This document shows, one piece after another, positions 61,445 to 64,000 of a stretch of DNA of 64,000 bases. The notes under the pieces were generated by a model, which ran no database searches, was not told where the DNA came from, and worked only from the letters and a program-made list of their open reading frames with translations. This stretch comes from an uncultured delta proteobacterium. GTDB taxonomy: Bacteria > Desulfobacterota > Desulfomonilia > Desulfomonilales > Desulfomonilaceae. Numbering within the stretch: the stretch's first letter is position 1; each line of letters begins with the position of its first letter. Both the position numbers and the translations under genes were made by a program. The stretch is taken from assembly GCA_963789265.1 (NCBI GenBank), contig CAWBKB010000006.1, positions 96,001-160,000 on the forward strand, given 5' to 3'.

Positions 61445-61507
61445 GTACTAAGGAGATGACTTTCATTGCATAACTGGGCATTGCCACAAGGAACGGGAGG
61501 CACGACA

Positions 61508-61885
61508 ATGGGATCGAATTCGGTGTCTTTGGGCGACTTGATCGCAAGCGTTAAAGCACACCCGGAAATCGCACGAGCAGGTATGATACTGTGCCACAAT
61601 GGGATCGTGAGGGGGTCCGATCGCTCCGGTGCGAAACGCGTGCGTGCACTGAAGGTGGAAGTGGACCGCGCAGAGATAGACCGTATCCGATCTTGGGCTG
61701 AATCCCGGCCCGGGATTGTGGCCGTGGCAATCGAGGCATTTGAAGGTGAATTTCACGTTGGAGACGATCTGCTGTTCGTCGTCGTAGCTGGGGACGTTCG
61801 AGAAAATGTCTTTGCCGTCACTAGGGAGATTGTTGAAAGGATCAAGTCTGGCGCCGTGCATAAAACCGAGTCGTACGACGATTGA
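61508..61885 (+). CDS. moaE: MoaE-like molybdopterin synthase subunit (short form)
   Basis: GMILCHNGIVR, VGDDL, ERIK...K.E. Confidence 0.75.
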   Translation: MGSNSVSLGDLIASVKAHPEIARAGMILCHNGIVRGSDRSGAKRVRALKVEVDRAEIDRIRSWAESRPGIVAVAIEAFEGEFHVGDDLLFVVVAGDVRENVFAVTREIVERIKSGAVHKTESYDD

Positions 61886-61957
61886 TTAAGTTCATCGGTT
61901 CAGACGATCCAGGATCTCATGCCGGTTCGCTTTCCAGCAAGTTACGCCGAGTTTCCG

Positions 61958-62050
61958 GTAGGGGCGGGTTTCAAACCCGTCCTTACATATCGTCACGCCC
62001 GCGTACGTGGGAGTCAATAGTGGGGGCAGACCTATGTGTCCGCCCCCACT
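61958..62050. repeat. GTAG-type REP-like palindromes
   Basis: GTAGGGGCGGGTTTCAAACCCG..., GGGGCAGACCTATGTGTC; parallels 43198-43315. Confidence 0.75.
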
Positions 62051-62128
62051 TTTTCACGGTGAAGAAAAATCGCAAGAAAACGCCGGATACAGGGACCCAC
62101 GATGAAATCCAAACCGGAGGGAATCTCA

Positions 62129-62536
62129 ATGAAAGACCACGTGAACCGAGCTAAGGGCAAGTTGGAAGCGGTTGAACCGTTAATGTGTGACAGGTGCGGT
62201 TCGAACATCCCTGGAGGAGAAGGTCGGGATTATTACGGCAAACTTTTGTGTGAAGACTGCTATATGGACGCTCTCTCTCCCACTCGCACGTGCGATCCGT
62301 GGGCTGTGCACAGCGCAAAAAAGTTGGGAGACAAGACCGGCGGCCTGGAAACAAGCCCGCTCCAGAAAAAGATCTTAGACGTTTTGACTGAAACAGGCGG
62401 AATGGAGCCCGCGGACTTGGCCCGGCGTCTGGAAATAGAGCCTGTTGAATTGAATCGGGAAACTGCTGCTTTACGGCACATGGAAATGGTCAGAGGCGAA
62501 CTCAGGGAAGGTAGGAAGTACATCGTCTTGTGGTAA
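62129..62536 (+). CDS. Hypothetical protein: CxxC...CxxC finger plus winged-helix-like C-terminus
   Basis: CDRC, LCEDCY, CDPWAV, LARRL...LRHME. Confidence 0.75.
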   Translation: MKDHVNRAKGKLEAVEPLMCDRCGSNIPGGEGRDYYGKLLCEDCYMDALSPTRTCDPWAVHSAKKLGDKTGGLETSPLQKKILDVLTETGGMEPADLARRLEIEPVELNRETAALRHMEMVRGELREGRKYIVLW

Positions 62537-62567
62537 CGATTCGGCAACCGTGATTTGGTGCGAAATT

Positions 62568-62762
62568 ATGAATGAAACGCTGATGAGAAAATTCCATTGC
62601 CTGAAATGTAATTACGAGTGGGAAGTACCTTTCGGGGGAGGTCGGCAACTCGTTTGCCCAAGATGTAGAAGCATGAATATTCACAGAACAAATCCCGGAA
62701 CAAGACCGCGGCGTTGTTGTGGGCCACGCGGAAGAATGGTCAAGCGGGAAGGATCCGATTGA
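62568..62762 (+). CDS. Small zinc-ribbon protein
   Basis: CLKC..W.VP.G...CPRC.S.NIHR. Confidence 0.65.
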   Translation: MNETLMRKFHCLKCNYEWEVPFGGGRQLVCPRCRSMNIHRTNPGTRPRRCCGPRGRMVKREGSD

Positions 62763-62766
62763 GCGG

Positions 62767-63990
62767 ATGTACCGATACGCAAAAATAGCCATCTACTCCT
62801 GTCTGTTAAACTTGGCTCTAATGGCGCTGAAGTACTATTTGGGGGAAACTTCCGGCAGTCTCGCTTTGAAAGCCGACGCCCTACACTCGCTCGCCGACGT
62901 GGTCTCGTCTCTCACTATATTCCTTGGGATAGTGATTGCCGATCGCAAGACCAAAACGTTCCCGGAAGGACTGTACAAGGTTGAAAACCTAGTCGCCTTG
63001 CTGTCTTCCTTTTTCATCTTTTACGCCGCATACGAGATTGGTTTCGAGGCATGGCGGGGAGAAACCACCGGCCAAATCACAGCCGTCCCACAGGTCGTGG
63101 CAGGAATTGTTCTGATCATGGCAGCGGCTGCGGTCTTCTCGCGATACGAACTAAAGATTGGACTTGAAGTGGGCTCACCTAGCCTGGTGGCTGATGCACG
63201 GCACGTGACCACTGATCTTCTCGCGTGTTCCGTAATCGTTGTTGGCATCATCAGCACCTATCTGGGATACCCCATAGATCGTTACGTGGCCATGTTGGTG
63301 GCCGCACTTGTGGCTCGAGTAGGCGCTGAAATCCTGGTGGAAGCTGTGAAGGTGCTTTTAGAGGCAACGCTGGACTACTCGACTCTTGACGGAATTAGGA
63401 AAATCCTGGAAAGCCGCGAGGAGGTGAAGGATATCCTCAGCATTGGCGGACGCAGTTCCGGCAGGTTCAAATTCGTGGAAATATCCTTGACTACGGACTT
63501 GAAGCTCCTGCGTGATGCACATGAGTTGACTGCCCAGGTCGAGGAAGAAATCCTCGACCGATACCCCAATATTGACAAACTTCTCGTGCATTACGAACCG
63601 ATACATAAGGACGTTCGACTCATCGCGGTCCCTCTGGAGGTTCCCGGAGGCAATTCACCGGATGAGAAATCGGGATTGTCCGAACATTTCGGTGAAGCGC
63701 CATATTTTGCCATCATTGCAGACGATTCTTCGCACGCGAGGGCGCTTGTCACTGATTACTTGAAGAATCCTTTCAAAGATATGGAGCGCAAGAAGGGGAT
63801 CAAAGCTGCCGAGTTGCTGGCAGATCACGAAGTGGATCAACTTCGATCCCCGGTACATTTGAATGGCAAGGGAGCCGGCTACGCTCTGGACGCGCTACAG
63901 ATTGAGGTCGTGATCACCTCCACGCGAACCTTGGAGGAGTTGCTGGCTGAACTGACGGAGAGTGTCGGACCGGCGAGGTCTTACGGATAG
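62767..63990 (+). CDS. Cation diffusion facilitator fused to a C-terminal NifB/NifX-like domain
   Basis: SLALKADALHSLAD, ADARHVTTD, VHYEP, then SEHFGEAPYF...KGIKAAELL. Confidence 0.9.
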   Translation: MYRYAKIAIYSCLLNLALMALKYYLGETSGSLALKADALHSLADVVSSLTIFLGIVIADRKTKTFPEGLYKVENLVALLSSFFIFYAAYEIGFEAWRGETTGQITAVPQVVAGIVLIMAAAAVFSRYELKIGLEVGSPSLVADARHVTTDLLACSVIVVGIISTYLGYPIDRYVAMLVAALVARVGAEILVEAVKVLLEATLDYSTLDGIRKILESREEVKDILSIGGRSSGRFKFVEISLTTDLKLLRDAHELTAQVEEEILDRYPNIDKLLVHYEPIHKDVRLIAVPLEVPGGNSPDEKSGLSEHFGEAPYFAIIADDSSHARALVTDYLKNPFKDMERKKGIKAAELLADHEVDQLRSPVHLNGKGAGYALDALQIEVVITSTRTLEELLAELTESVGPARSYG

Positions 63991-64000
63991 CCACATATAA

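Overview
Gene-dense chromosomal segment of an anaerobic Gram-negative bacterium. The gene content (orange-protein cluster, sigma54 activators, molybdoenzymes, Kdo transferase) suggests Desulfobacterota, possibly Desulfomonile-like; this placement is inference. Housekeeping genes (carA, dapL, ECF sigma/anti-sigma, ychF, pfkA, asnS, waaA, ribD, nrdR, trmO, hbd, acyl-CoA dehydrogenase) alternate with accessory loci. (i) A PhnD-like lipoprotein plus a membrane-anchored, kinase-less sigma54 activator precede a TtrBCA/SrdBCA-like molybdoenzyme operon with a visible -24/-12 promoter and paired enhancer sites. Downstream are two tandem DUF4242-like genes and an IscS that has lost its PLP lysine, paired with an IscU carrying a Cys-rich tail. 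(ii) A stand-alone cytoplasmic molybdo/tungstoenzyme. (iii) An expanded orange-protein (orp)-type metal/Fe-S cluster with its divergent PAS-sigma54 activator. (iv) Two secreted Cys/Pro-rich proteins. (v) The 3' end of a tetraether-synthase-like (MJ0619 family) radical SAM gene. Intergenic DNA is filled with short TA-flanked MITE-like elements carrying REP-like palindromes, in places nested several layers deep. Nine single-base frameshifts (eight are best explained by a doubled base) split otherwise intact genes and are most likely sequencing errors. No rRNA, tRNA, CRISPR array or transposase gene was recognised. All family assignments are by motif recognition; no database search was run.
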